Shown piece after piece: positions 63,917 through 64,000 of a stretch of DNA of 64,000 nucleotides. Made by a program: the position numbers and the translations under genes. The notes below the pieces were generated by a model. It was not told the DNA's origin and searched no databases. It saw only the letters and a program-made list of their open reading frames with translations. The stretch covers positions 1-64,000 of the forward strand of contig JAANOX010000035.1 in assembly GCA_020184695.1 (NCBI GenBank). The letters are read 5' to 3'. This DNA is from Histomonas meleagridis 2922-C6/04-290x. Lineage: Eukaryota; Protista; Parabasalia. How positions within the stretch are numbered: the first letter of the stretch is position 1; every line of letters begins with the position of its first letter.

Positions 63917-64000
63917 AAATTGTTTGTAAGTAAATAGATATTATGTTTTTTATATATGAAATCAGTATGACAATTGAGTAAAAATAGTTCGGTTTTGGTG

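Overview
Gene-dense, very AT-rich eukaryotic DNA from a parabasalid (trichomonad-type) protist. The evidence is BspA-like LRR surface proteins, DUF3447-type ankyrin genes, an R2R3 Myb, a bacterial-type NlpC/P60, a cytosolic MDH, and Inr (TCAY), motif-3 and motif-5 core promoters; the species cannot be determined from sequence alone. There are about 42 protein-coding loci (mostly trafficking and signalling, plus CDC27, VPS25, RPL21, MDH), one tRNA-Lys(CUU) and one candidate structured ncRNA. Many starts in the ORF track are TTG/GTG and were corrected to the first plausible ATG. Several single-base disruptions, often in homopolymers, suggest residual assembly errors. The standout observation is in two DUF3447-ankyrin genes (15682-17629 +, 48954-50403 -) and one decayed copy. 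Their C-terminal ankyrin repeats are exact 87-nt coding modules separated, always at the hairpin loop, by 66-86-nt AT-rich spacers. Five of the seven spacers contain stop codons, and four also shift frame. The spacers have no usable GT-AG or parabasalid ACTAAC signal, and all seven carry a TG(G)AAATTATTT(CA)-like, partly palindromic box exactly 24 nt before the next module. This points to an unrecognised processing system (non-canonical splicing, translational bypassing, or DNA-level repeat shuffling); the mechanism is inference only.
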